A stretch of 64,000 nt of DNA from Malacoraja senta (lineage: Eukaryota), in contig CM075988.1 in the NCBI GenBank assembly GCA_038087875.1, forward strand, positions 15,068,001 through 15,132,000, read 5' to 3'. The translations under genes and the position numbers were made by a program. The notes beneath the pieces are model-generated. The model was not told the DNA's origin and searched no databases. It worked only from the letters and a program-made list of their open reading frames with translations. Below, one piece after another: positions 51,087 to 63,639 of the stretch. Position 1 is the first letter of the stretch, and the number at the start of each line of letters is the position of its first letter.

Positions 51087-54000
51087 TCTTGTGAATTTAC
51101 TCAATCTTTGCACTTTTTACACAAGTATTTTGTTTGCTAATGAAAGTGTTTCTCGGTTACAGTGCGTTTTCACAATTGTAACTGTTAAAGGGTTAGCGAT
51201 CCATGTATAGGTGCCGATTAATGCTGAAACTAGTTCACAAAAAAAGATCAAAGTTCCTGCCAGTAATGGAAGAAAGTTTCTAAGATGGACATGAGAAACC
51301 TGTCTGAGGCGACCCAGTAATAACAGAGCCCGAGATCGCCATCAATCTTCGGTCATTAGAGGCGTGGTGTGATGTGATTATTGAATACAATGGTATAAAG
51401 TATCGCTAACTACTTTACTGTGCGATGTATCAAATGAAAGCAGATATTGAGTGAGGTAACACAAATCTGGGGTTACGGCCTGTGGATGAGTTTGTTTATT
51501 TATCAATCACTCAAGGTTTTGTGAACATACAGTATGTCATCAGTGTCATGCAATAGAATTTCTTATAAACAGGTCTATGGATAATGGAAAGCTGTGATAA
51601 GATGCAGAGCACAAACTGTTCTTGCTCATAACAACATTGGATAATACCATGCCATATTTTGAATTGCAACACTCGCCCTCTCGCCATCAAAAATAGATTA
51701 TCCTTGGAAAATCACAGGTTTTTAAACACTCGACATTGTGTATTTTAGCAGCAACTTTCAAAAGTGTATTGGGTATATATATATTTAAAAAAATACAGGG
51801 CAGTGGGGAAAACACAGAAGTTGGATTAATTGGATTGCTCTTTCAAGGAGCTGGTCCAGACAAGATGAAGGAAATGTCCTCCACTGTATGATAGCTTTAA
51901 TATCACTAAAACAGCATTATGATTTTTGAAGCAATGACAAATCATTTCAGCAGAATCCATTTCTTCGCATTTGTAGTATCTGGTTCAGACTTGATTGAGG
52001 TGTTTATATGTTGTATGCAAAAGCGCTGAACTGCAGTCAGCACTTTGAATATAATTTTATACATCAAATGTCTTTGCACACTGGCCCCAGACTCTATATG
52101 CACTACCACAGCACTTTAATAGTCACCTGTGCAGTATGTGGCTTTTGCATTCCATTCAATGTGTTGACTGTACAATATACACTCCCACATATATATGTAA
52201 ATATGTGTGTGTGTGTATATATATTTGTCACAATTACTAATGCGGGTAGTAAAGCAGCAAAAGTATCAACTTATTATATGAGAGTTCAGAATACATTGCG
52301 TATTGTCTCATCTTTATTTTAAACCTGGAGATGTTAAATCTTTGCAACACGCTCCATGTTGCCTTAATTTCATTTCATGATGTTTTAGCAATTTGTGTAT
52401 ATGTTTAATGTATTGTTCACAGAACTAAATTATGTTTTTTTTTTTACCCTGCTGAGTTTAAGACTCTTGGTGTGCACAAAATCAAATTCTCCGGGTGCGA
52501 TTGCTGTGAACAACCCCATCTCGGGGTTCATTGTCTCTCATGGTTTATAATGCAATCCTTGGCTACTTTTGGAAGACCTTAATGCGGTGATACTCCCATG
52601 TAACATTTGTCAGAAGTGTGTGATTTAATCTATTGTTGGCTGCAATGGAAAGAATTGATTTGTATTCTGGACTGAGGCTGGTGTAGAATCAACACAAGAT
52701 GTGGTCTCGGTAAGCACTGTGATAAAAAGGACTTTATACCTTATTGCCAGTCCCCAACAGAAGCTGAATATGTCTGTATGTGGCAATTGGCTACATTCAA
52801 AGGGAAGTTAAATCTAAACGGTGTAATAACTAGTTGCCTGTAGTTTGCAAGATATTTGTCCAAGTTTAAAGTATCATACTGGTGTATCTGCATATATTGA
52901 ACTATGTCAATACTTTCAATTCTGTAACTTCGATAATTTATTGGTTGTTAAGGTGGAAATCGGGAACCTGGTTTATCTGATTATGGCTTTATTCTCTGAA
53001 TGATGTTTGCATTTATTTGATATTAGATAGTGATTAATATGGGACTGAAGATGAGTTGGTCTGTAAACTTAGATTGCTTGTGTGCAAATTTATATACGCA
53101 TAGGATTTCTGCTGTGGTGCAATAATGTTACTAGATAAACATTGTGGAAATGGTGATAGTGGAAAAAATGTGAATCTCAGTCTTCACAAGCAATGGGCAG
53201 TGACCATCTCCAGTCGGCATTCAGAGGCAGTCATAGCTGACTTTTTGCCCCTCGCCCACCCTTACCCCTTATCACTTATAATATTTTATCTCTTGGCAAA
53301 AAATGAAGGTGACGGAAGATGTCTGAATTTTTAAAAGCATTAGTTAATTTATAATGTTTCCTGGAGATTTATAATTCCTTGTGCAGGAGATTAAACCATG
53401 CAGAGTATCCACTGGCACAATGTGCAACTGCCTCTCTGACTTCTGTGAAAGTGGTGTTACTGAATAGTCTAACACCACCGTCCAGATGAAGCTCAATGTT
53501 ACTTGTGGCTGGCAGATTGTTAAGGGAAATGGCCACCATCCTCAAGAGCAAGTCAAAATGGGCTTTAGATGGTGGCCATGGCACCTATCCCAACAGCCTG
53601 TAAATGATGTTTTTAAGTGGTGGACAAAGGTGCATCTATCTTTTAATCAATCTCCATTTGTTCTTATTGCTGTACCATGAGATGGAATGCAATTATGAAA
53701 ATTGGGGTATGAGGACCACACCATTTTACAGTGTGAAGTTTGTAATTGGTTATTTAAACATTTGGTCCCAAATCTTAGTACGTCCAAGTTTGGGGCCCTA
53801 ATTTTAAGGAGTTAGTAACAGCCATACCGCATATGCCTTTTAGTAATATGTCTTTGCGAAGCCTCTTTAAGATGCCTTTAATGTTACTTCCATTGCTGCC
53901 TCGTGCTCAGTCTCAGTATCTTATGTTGCCATGTAATGTCATGTTAGAATCTGCATGTTGATCAAGTTTAATTCTGTGTCTGATATATTAATGGAAAGCT

Positions 54001-54156
54001 TTCCCTTAATGATTCAAATTCCACATTACTGAGTCAATCTCAATTATACTGCATGTAAATTTTTATTTTAGTAAGGGAGTGAGCATATAATAATTATTGA
54101 TGGAAAAATATATGGAATATTTTAAGTACTGTAAAGCTTCATGAATTATCATGGCT

Positions 54157-54162
54157 AATAAA
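54157..54162 (+). terminator. Putative polyadenylation signal of TBCEL
   Basis: AATAAA after ~3.07 kb of unique AT-rich sequence following the stop, followed by a T-rich tract (~54196); repeats resume shortly after. Confidence 0.6.
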
Positions 54163-55014
54163 ATGCTCAGTTTCAATACCAAAAATTGCAAGTGATTTTT
54201 TTTTTAACCTTAATTTTGAGTTTAGACAAAGCAAAGTTTCTCTTAGTGTAGATGCAGCAGATTGTACTTGCATTGCAGTGAGAGAACACAGAACATTTGC
54301 ACTCGTACATTTCTCTGTCCAAAATTAGCCTTTTCTAAATTAATTGGAACCTACAATATTATATACATAGAACCTTGTATTGGCAAATCCCAAAATTTAT
54401 GCGAGTGTTCCTTGTTGCATTGTGCAAGGCTAATGTACTATAATTTATCAATGTCAGCCAAAGGTGTTACTTTAAGGTAGACACAAAAAGCTGGAGTAAC
54501 TCAGCGGGTCAGACAGCAACTCTGGAGAAAAGGAATAGGTGACCCTTCTACAGATTTTACTGAAGGTGTTTGTTTTGTGTCATGTTTTATTGCCACAATG
54601 TTGTTTCCCATCTAGCCACTGCTGTTTCCCATCTAGCAATGTTGTTTCCCATCTAGCCACTAGTGGGGTGGCATTGATAGAATTTGGTTGAGTTCCACAG
54701 ATCTCGGTTCCCATATCAAGGAGAGATTGAAGCTGTTCCCACAGTGCTTTCCATTTCTTATAGGATTTTCAGTGAACTGTGCACTGGGTGACATTCAAGA
54801 TTGTACATTCAGGAAGTTTGAGATACAACTAAGGTGGATAAGACAAAGGTGAACATGCAATTAAATCGCAAATAAATGACTTTGCAATAATCCAAAATAT
54901 ATTTTGGTTCAAACATGGCATGAAGTCAACATGTAGATTCACAGATCAGCTGAGACTAGTTTATAGTCAAACCACAATCTACTTATTTCAATACGTCTGT
55001 AGGCAAAGCAAGTT

Positions 55015-56045
55015 ATTAGTCATAGAATCGTACAACATGGAAACAGGCCCTTCGGCCCAGTTAGCCCATGCTGGCCAACATACCCCATCGACAATAGTCC
55101 CACCTAGTACTCAACTACCTCCTTTGGCAGCTCGTTCTATATACCCACCACCCTATGTGTAAATAAAAAAAGTTACCTCTCAGCTTACTATTAAATCTTT
55201 CCCCCCCCCTCACTGTAAACCTATGTCCTCTTGTTCTCAATTCCCCTACTCTGGGCAAAAGAGTGCATTTACCTGCTCCATTCCTCTCGTTATCTTGTTC
55301 CCCTCTGTAGGATCACCCCTCATCCTCCTGCGCTCAAAGGAATAAAGTCCTAGCGTGCTCAACCTCTTCCTATAGCTCAGGCCCTCGAGTCCTGGCAACT
55401 TCCTCAATCTTCTCTGCATACTTTCCAGCTTGATAACATCTTTCCAATAATGTTGTGACCAAAAAGTATCACAATACTCTAAATGCAGCCTCGCCAATGT
55501 CTTGTACAGCTGTCAAATAACCTCCCAACTATATTCAGTACTCTGACTAATGAAGGCCCATGTGTCAAAAGCCTTCTTGACCACCCTATCCACCTGTGAT
55601 GCCCATTTCAAGGATCTGTGTACCTGCACTCCTAGATCCCTCTGCTCTACAACACTTCCCAGAGCCCTGCCATTCACTGTGTAGATCCTGCCCAAAATGC
55701 AACACCTTGCATTTCTCTGTATTACATTCCATCAAACTCAGCCCACCTGCCCAACCGATTAATATCCTGCTGCAATTTTGGATCTATAATACCACCCACT
55801 TTAGTGTCATCTGCAAACTTGCTAATCATGCCTTGATTATAGATGACAAACAGCAATGGGCCCAGCACTGACCCCTGAGGCACACCATTTGTCACAGGCC
55901 TCCAATTGGATAAGCAACCTTTGACCATCACTCTGCTTCCTTCCATGAAGCCAATTGTTATCCAGTCATCTATCTCTCCTTGGATCCCATGCAATCTAAC
56001 CTTCCAGGACAGCCTTCCATGTGGAATATTGTCAAACGCCATATA
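55015..56045 (-). mobile_element. CR1 RT/3' fragment
   Basis: GVPQGSVLGPLLF, SKFADDTK, LEYC..FWS fragments. Confidence 0.85.
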
Positions 56046-56107
56046 CAACGTCTACAGCTCTGCCCTCAAACTTCAAAAAGTGCAATCAGATTAATGGTAA
56101 GAAAAAT

Positions 56108-56330
56108 GGACACAAAGTGCTGGAGTAATTCAACAGGTCAGGCAGCATTTCTCGAGATGTGGATAGGCGAGCGGGTCGGGCAGCATCTCTGGAGAAGATT
56201 GATAGCTGAAGGGTCCTAGCCGAAACGTCGCCTATCCATGCTCTCAAGAGACGCTGCCTGATCCGCTGAGTTACTCCAGCACTTTGTGCCATTATTTTGT
56301 AAACACCATCTGCAGTTCCATGTTTCTACT
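56108..56330. mobile_element. Penelope pLTR hairpin element
   Basis: cacaaagtgctggagtaa ... ttactccagcactttgtg inverted pair; internal ccgaaacgtcgcc motif. Confidence 0.7.
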
Positions 56331-57419
56331 GTTTATTATAATGATGCTCGTTTTAAACGAGAGGTAGCCATACCGGACTAAGCAAATGACTTAACAGAAT
56401 AATCTCATGAACAAAATGAGAGTTCACGAAAAGATTTCAATTATTAGCGTCATCAGAAGAAACTATTGGAGAGGAACAACTGACCAATTGAAATAATTAG
56501 ATTTAGTGCAGATACTAAAGTCATTAGATTGAGCCTTTTGGAACAACAGGTGAAACTACTTTCCACCGACACGATCAACCTCGTTTGTCGGGTTACATTC
56601 GCAACAATTAAACGTTCAGGCAAAAGTGAAGTTGATGGTTTTAACAAGAGGGTCATAGATACATAGATACATAGAAAATAGGTGCAGGAGTAGGCCATTC
56701 GGCCCTTCGAGCCTGCACCGCCATTCAATATGATCATGGCTGGTCAGAGGAGAACAGGAGGGTGTCCTCACCAACATTAATGGAGTTATCAGAAACAGCG
56801 GCTTTGCGATCAAGCACCCTTAGACTTGGCTGACGAGCAGCTTTATAAACCGAATGACACCAAGGGTCGTGAACAGAACAGACAACCTCAGGCGCGGTTT
56901 CACTGACATGGTCAGAGGGAGCAGAAATGCAATCTGAACAACTTTAGACATGGCATATAGTGACATTGGTCCAGCCCACAAAGACGGGCTGAACCAATAT
57001 CAGAGGTTATGAGGAGAAGGCAGAAGAATGGGGTTGAGAGGGGAAGGTAGATCAGCCATGATTAAATGGCGGAGGAGACGACGGGCCGAATGGCCTCATT
57101 CTCATCCTACCAGGTATGAACTGACAGGAAGAGCTGTATCTCATGCGAGCTGAAATTAGCACCGATAGCGATATTCCAAAAGGTGTAGATATGCATTTTC
57201 CAGCATAACTGGAGTTCTTAGGAACAACATTGCAAGCAGCAGAATTGATCTTGCTCAACATGGGATCGCATGGGAAGAATCGAGGTGGTGGAACATGTGA
57301 GGGTGCAGAGATGAAGTTTGATGGTAACGGGGGTGGTGGTGAGAGAGAGAGAGAGAGAGAGATGGGCCGGGGGTTACAATTCTCCAGGAGAGGCTGCTAT
57401 TCTGCTGAATAAAGTGAAC

Positions 57420-57665
57420 GTGGGGGCGTCGTGTGGTCGCCATCCCCTCAGCCAACAATGAAACGTTCTACATTTCCTTGAGCAGCGTCTGCTTTGATCT
57501 GTCCTTTTTCACACCTTAAAAATTCACTTTGAACCTTTCCATATCTCTCGTTTCCCTCTCCGCTGACTCTCAGTCTGAAGAAAGGTTTGACCCGAAACGT
57601 CACCTTCTCTCCAGAGGTGCTGCCTGTCCCGCTCGCTGAGTTACTTCAGCTTTTTGTGTCTGTAT
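57420..57665 (+). mobile_element. Penelope pLTR fragment
   Basis: ctgaagaaaggtttgacccgaaacgtcacc...gctgagttac motif. Confidence 0.65.
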
Positions 57666-57689
57666 TCGCTGTTACAGAGAAGGTTGGTT

Positions 57690-58353
57690 GCGCGACGTCG
57701 GGTACCATTGAGGAGTGGCCGCTGCAACCTTGGACAGCAGGGACGCGCAGTTTAGGCTGTGGGGGATGTTTGTTTATGAAGGGATTTAGTTAAGAGAAAG
57801 AAGGCTGTGTGTGTGTGTGCGCGCTGAGGTATCTGTCCCAATAAACAATTGCAGAGATACTCTTTCCTGGCAATGGAAACTTTATCTCCCTTAGTTTGAA
57901 GTCTTCTGTTGTGAATCCTCTCTCCTCCTGGGAACCAATTCGTCCTTATCACCAATTATTTAATCAAGATGGAATTTCCGCCTCCAATTTCTGACAGCGG
58001 GGAATGCAAATTAAGAAACCAGAGCCAGACTGAGGGGAAAAAAGGGAATGCTTTTGTTTGCGGGGAAAAAAACTTTGAACGAGGCCCGGGAGCTCGCGTT
58101 ACAAGCCAGACCCTCATCCAAACCTGACTGAAAGTCACCAGCACCGACCGTGTCGTCAGCTCGCAATCAAACTGAAAGGAAGCTTTTTATTGTGGCGCCT
58201 CGCCTTCTGGCTTCGGGGGCGCATTTGGCAATCTGGAATAATTAGCTAAATTGGTCGATTTTAAACTCTGTCTGTTCCAGTTTCACCCCCCGTGCCACTA
58301 CAGCGGGTACTTCCACGCTGCAGGACATGCGCCGAGGCTGAGATCAGGTATGT
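57690..58353 (+). promoter_or_regulatory. CpG-enriched unique region; possible promoter/first exon of the next gene
   Basis: Elevated CpG, octamer ATGCAAAT at 58004-58011, donor-like CAG|gtatgt at 58347. Confidence 0.35.
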
Positions 58354-60139
58354 TCCTCTGTCCCAGTCCTCGCCGATTCAAACCTCGCATCTGAACTTCC
58401 AGGTGAAGTCAAGTCGCCTTTCACCCGCTGGAGTGCGCGGTTCTCTTTCGGCTTCCATCATTTTTCCCCCCAACGTTGTAGACCAAACGTCAATCTGTAG
58501 ATAGACACAAAAAAACGGAGTCTCTTCGTCAGATTGCATAAAGTAACAAAGGGCGTTAAGGTGATTCCCAAATCACCCACCTAATCGTAGTTCCACTTCA
58601 GAATGTTGGCGTGAGAAACCGGAGCTCAAGGTCCCAACGCGCTCTGATAGTTACCAGACCAGATGGAAGTTTATGCGCCCATTGAACCATTATGAAAATG
58701 CTCGAATTCCCATTCCCAGTTAACCTCTGCCGCTTGGACAAGTGCAAATTGTTGAGAGGCAACATGTGCCCAATTAAATTAATGATGCAGGTGTTGTGGT
58801 AAATGGACTTCCGAGAGGCATTTGCGAAAGTACTGTACTGTCATATGCACACGGCTACCTCGCCGGACTTGTGCATGTGACAGCACACAAGACTTAACGC
58901 AATTAGCTTGTCTTCAAGATTCAAGCCGATGGAATAAAGTTAGTAATATGTAGCGATATGGATAGTAAACTAGCCAACTAACTGAAGAGTGTTGAGTGAA
59001 AGGATATTTCTTAACTCAGCGGTCAAGCAACCCTTCCCTCCAATGGGTAAGAGACGGAACCCTTATTCAGACTGATTGGGGTGGCCGTTGGCAGAAAGTT
59101 GGACGTTTTTTTAAATATCTAAAGTCCCGGTAAATTTCTTCTATTTTTGGAAACCATATCTTTAGAAAGATGTCCCTTTGGAGAAGGCGCAGAAAAAAAC
59201 GCTGAAATGAATGGAGTGATGAGGGACTTTATGTGGAGAGGCTGTGGTTGTTCTCCAAGTTGATCTTGCAGAAAAACGTGTGGTTACAGGGAAAAGGCAG
59301 GAAAATGGGGTTGAGAGGGAAAAATAGGTCTGCCATGATTGAATGGCAGAGTAGACACGATAGGCTGAATGGCCTAATTCTACTCCTAGGTCTTATGGTC
59401 TTAGTATCTGATAAAACATATTTACAATTATGATGGCTGTTACTGTGGAAAGAGAAAAACCTGTTCCCTTTGGCAGAAGGGTCAAGAAACGGAAGACAAA
59501 TACAGTGACGTAAAAGAAGAGAAGTCACAAATGAGAAAGGAGAGTGGTTAGAATTTGGAGTGTAGTGCCTGGGATTGATCCCACTACAGTGTTCAAAAGA
59601 GAACTGCATAGATACGAAGTATATGAGGGCAATGGGAAGAGGTGGTAGTATTTGACAAGTTGGATTATTCTTCTACAGCCAATATGGACTCGATATATCA
59701 AATGGCCACCTTCTGTGCTGTAACCATTCTGTGCATTTGTGGTTGTATAAGTGATATGGTCCAAAATTCCAATCCCAATAAGTAGGAATTAGCTAAACCA
59801 TGTACCAGTACATGCTCCAATCACCCAATGAACCGGGATGTAAATATACCCAAGTCCTACTAATTCACAGTGAGATGGTTCATATACCCCAACACCCATA
59901 AGCAGCAGTCAGACGACCCATATTTCTCATCCCAGTGAATAGAGGTAATATGGTCTATGTACTTTCATCTCCGTGATTTGCAACGAGATGGTCCACACAT
60001 CCCCAACTTGGAAGTCAGGTTTAATCTGGACCATGTACTTTGGCCACTGTGGTCAACATGTGATGCCATTGACCCATCATGTGTGGCATCATCTCGTGCA
60101 AATAGCTATTCAGTGCACTCTTTAAACTGTTGAACAATA

Positions 60140-60505
60140 GGATTCAAGAGAGTTTATTGTCATGTGTCCCTGATAGGACAATTAAATTTTTGCTTTGCTT
60201 CAGCACAACAGAACATAGTAGGCATTGACTGCAAAACAGATCAGTGTGTCCATATACCATTATATACGTATACACACACATGAATAAATAAACTGATAAA
60301 GTGCAAATAACAGATATTGGGCTATTAATGTTCAGAGTTTTGTCCGAGCCAAGTTTAATAGCCTGATGGCTGTGGGGAAGTAGCTATTCCTGAACCTGGT
60401 CGTTGCAGTCTTCAGGCTCCTGTACCTTCTACCTGACGGTAGCAGAGAGATGAGTGTGTGGCCAGGATGGTGTGGGTCCTTGATGATACTGCCAGCCTTT
60501 TTGAG
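60140..60505 (-). mobile_element. Rex1-type 3' end
   Basis: Matches 5470-5880 (tttaatagcctgatggctgt; gagtgtgtggccaggatggtgtggg). Confidence 0.8.
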
Positions 60506-61639
60506 GTTGGTTCTGAGTCAGGATATGTGAATAAAAGTATCGGAAGGTATTTATGGAGCAGCAGCATACCTCAATTCTGAGAAAGTATCAGCCACTTAGC
60601 CCTGTTTCACTTTTCATTTCCCAAAAGACTTTCTTGATTTGTTCCAAACATCTGTTTATTTCCTTTTTAAGATTGGTGATTCCAATTTCAAAACTAGTTT
60701 AGCCAGCAATTTTTCTGGCTAAAGTTGTAGCTGAAGGTAACGTTCTTATGTTTTTGTTAGCATCTTAAACTGATCCAAATTAATTGACTAATCACTCATC
60801 AGTGTATAAAGGAGAAAGATGGTCCATGTACCCCAGTTCCAATAAACCCGAGGAGAGATTCGTTGTGCACCTCCTTCCAATAAACTGAAATGAGATACTT
60901 CAGTTGCCCAAGTCCTAGTGAACATGAGTGAGAATGTACCCAAGTCCTGCTAATTCACAATGAAATTATCCATATACCCCAGTGCCAGTCAGTAGCAGCA
61001 AACCGGTGCATGCTCCACAGTCTCATTGATGAGACTGCATTCCTAATTTAGTTAAACAAAATGTATTTATAAGATTTTCCTTTACTTGCTGTGTTATTAG
61101 CCAATGACATTTTTGCTCCAAACATAACTTAATACCATTAAATAGACTTTTGGGGTATTCTATCCAATAATTTGTGCTGGTTTAATGTGTAGTACATTAT
61201 CATTTTGATTTGCAGACGATCAGGTTGACCTTTCATATTTAAATATCTCTGTCGTTGAATCCCTAAGCAATTCTAGGTTTAGCATTGTATGATCTCACCT
61301 TATTCGTATCTTTAAATATATTGCCTTGCTAATTTATGCTATTGCACTAACAACCTATGTCTCGCCAGACAAGCAATAATGTTTTTCCTTTCTTGAAGCA
61401 CTGATCATAGACAATGTAGTTTATTGCTCTGTTTTTTTATTTAGGACAGGTTTGCTACATTTTCGGTCTACCAGACTTATAACTTCCATATCTGAGAATA
61501 TTTGGAAGATTGTTGCCAAAACCCCTGCTGGTGCTTTCTTCCCCACAATTTCTACAGTGTTTAATGATGCAGAAAGTTGATTACGTTATTTTAAATCGAG
61601 TTCCAACATTTTTCGAGACTACTGTTTTTAACTATTCCA

Positions 61640-63530
61640 TGACAGTGGGAGAGTCTAGGACCAGAGGGCACAGTCTCAGATTAAAAGGAGGTACAGTGCA
61701 TTCAGAAAGTATTCAGACCCCTTCACTTTTTCCACATTTTGTTACATTACAGCCTTATTCTAAAATAGATTAAATTCATTTTTTTAATCTTCAATCTACA
61801 CACAATACCCCATAATAAAAAAGTGAAAACAGGTGTTTAGAAATGTTTGCAAATTAATTATAAAGAAATAACTGAAATATCACATTTACATAAGTATTCA
61901 GACCCTTTACTCAGTACTTTGTTAAGGCATCTTTGGCAGTGATTGCAGCCTCAAGTCTTCTTGGGTATGATGCTACAAGCTTGGCACACCTGTATTTGGG
62001 TAATTTCGCCCATTCTTCTCTGCAGATCCTCTCAAGATCTGTCAGGTTGGACGGGGAGCGTCGATGCACAGCTATTTTCAGGTCCCTCCAGAGATGTTCG
62101 ATCGGATTCAAGTCCGGGCTCTGGCTGGGCCACTCAAGGACATTCACAGACTTGTCATGAAGCCACTCCTGCGTTGTCTTGGCTGTGTGCTTAGGGACGT
62201 TGTCCTGTTGGAAGGTGAACCTCTGCCCCAGTCTGAGGTCCAGAACGCTCTGGAGCAGGTTTTCATCAAGGGTCTCTCTGTACTTTGCTCCATTCATCTT
62301 TCCCTCGATCCTGACTAGTCTCCCAGTTCCTGCCGCTGAAAAACATCCCCACGGCATAATGCTGCCACCACCGTGCTTCACCGTAGGTATGGTATTGGCC
62401 AGGTGATGAGCAGTGCCTGGTTTCCTCCAGACGTGACGCTTGGCATTCAGGCCAAAGAGTTCAATCTTGGTTTCATCCGACCAGAAAATCTTGTTTAGGT
62501 GTCTTTTGGCAAACTCCAAGCGGGCTGTCATGTGCCTTTTACTGAGGAGTGGCTTCCGTCTGGCCACTCTACCATAAATAAAGCACTGTTGCAGATATAG
62601 TTGTCCTTCTGGAAGATTCTCCCATCTCCACAGAGGAACACTGGAGCTCTGTCAGAGTAACCATCGGGTTCTTGGTCAACTCCCTGACCAAGGCACTTCT
62701 CAGTTTGGCCGGGCGGCCAGCTCTATGAAGAGTCCTGGTGGTTTCATAGTCCTTCCATTTAAGAATGACGGAGACCACTGTGCTCTTCGGGACCTGCAAT
62801 GCTGCAGAAATTGTTTTATAGCCTTCCCCTGATCTGTGTCTCGACACAATCCTGTCTCGGAGGTCTACGGACAATTCCTTCGTCTTCATGGCTTGGTTTT
62901 TGCTCTGACACGCACTGTCAACTGTGGGACCTTATATAGACAGGTGTGTGCCTTTCCAAATCATGTCCAATCAATTTAATTTACCACTGGTAGACTCCAA
63001 TCAAGTTGTAGAAACATCTCAAGGATAATCAATGGAAACAGGATGAACCTAAGCTCAATTTTGAGTGTCATAGCAAAGGGTCTGAATACTTATGTAAATG
63101 TGATATTTCAGTTATTTCCTTTTAATTACTTTGCAAACATTTCTAAACACCTGTTTTCGCTTTTATATTATGGGGTATTGTGTGTAGATTGATGATAAAA
63201 AAATGAATTTAATCCATTTTAGAATAAGGCTGTAACATAACAAAATGTGGAAAAAGTGAAGGTGTCTGAATACTTTCTGAAGGCACTGTACCTTCAGAAT
63301 GAGATAAGGAGGCATTTATTTAGCAAGAGGGTGGTGAATCTGTGGAATTCATTACCACATACAACAGTGGAGGCCAAGTCATTGGGTATTTTTAAAGTTG
63401 AGATTGATAGGTTCTTGATTAGTAAGAGGGTTATGGTGAGAGGGCAGGAATATGGTGTTGAGAGGAAAACCTAGAAAAGCTATGATCAAATGGCAGAGCA
63501 GACACAATGGGCTGAATGGCCTAACTCTGT
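61640..63530 (+). mobile_element. CR1 3' fragment split by a Tc1 insertion
   Basis: VGESRTRGHSLRLKG before the Tc1 and F.NEIRRHLFSKRVVNLWNSLP after it. Confidence 0.8.
61694..63288 (-). mobile_element. Tc1 DD34E transposon (IR/DR type), full-length, transposase broken
   Basis: TA TSD; ~215-bp TIRs cagtgc(a/c)ttcagaaagtattcagac; MKTKELS..HTH..GRP ORF (62569-62889) and catalytic ORF (61911-62567) with WSDETK, QQDN-x-PIE (34 residues between D and E). Confidence 0.96.
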
Positions 63531-63639
63531 TTGTTTATGTTATCAATCTTCCTCATACCCACTGCACACTCTGGTGCCACTTTAGTGGCAATGAAAACAA
63601 TTAATCACATGGTAACCTTGGACTACTGCACCATGTGCC

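Larger units (their letters stand above)
9147..54162 (+). other. TBCEL: TBCEL gene span from first coding exon to putative polyA signal; 5' non-coding exon(s) probably upstream
   Basis: Seven exons join in frame (133+140+182+257+127+114+325=1278 nt) into a 425-aa protein MSDTRGRSFVEVICEKYSPENFP...[14 protein letters not shown], colinear with vertebrate TBCEL as recalled (LRRs + UBL, no CAP-Gly). Confidence 0.95.

Noticed and set aside
54596..54661. Three repeated units resembling a mini CRISPR array
   Set aside because: No unique spacers of proper length, no cas genes, vertebrate context; simple local duplication.
61200..61640. Acceptor-like sites (61215, 61444) as the first TECTA coding exon
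   Set aside because: No ATG/signal peptide or recognisable TECTA sequence follows; unsupported.
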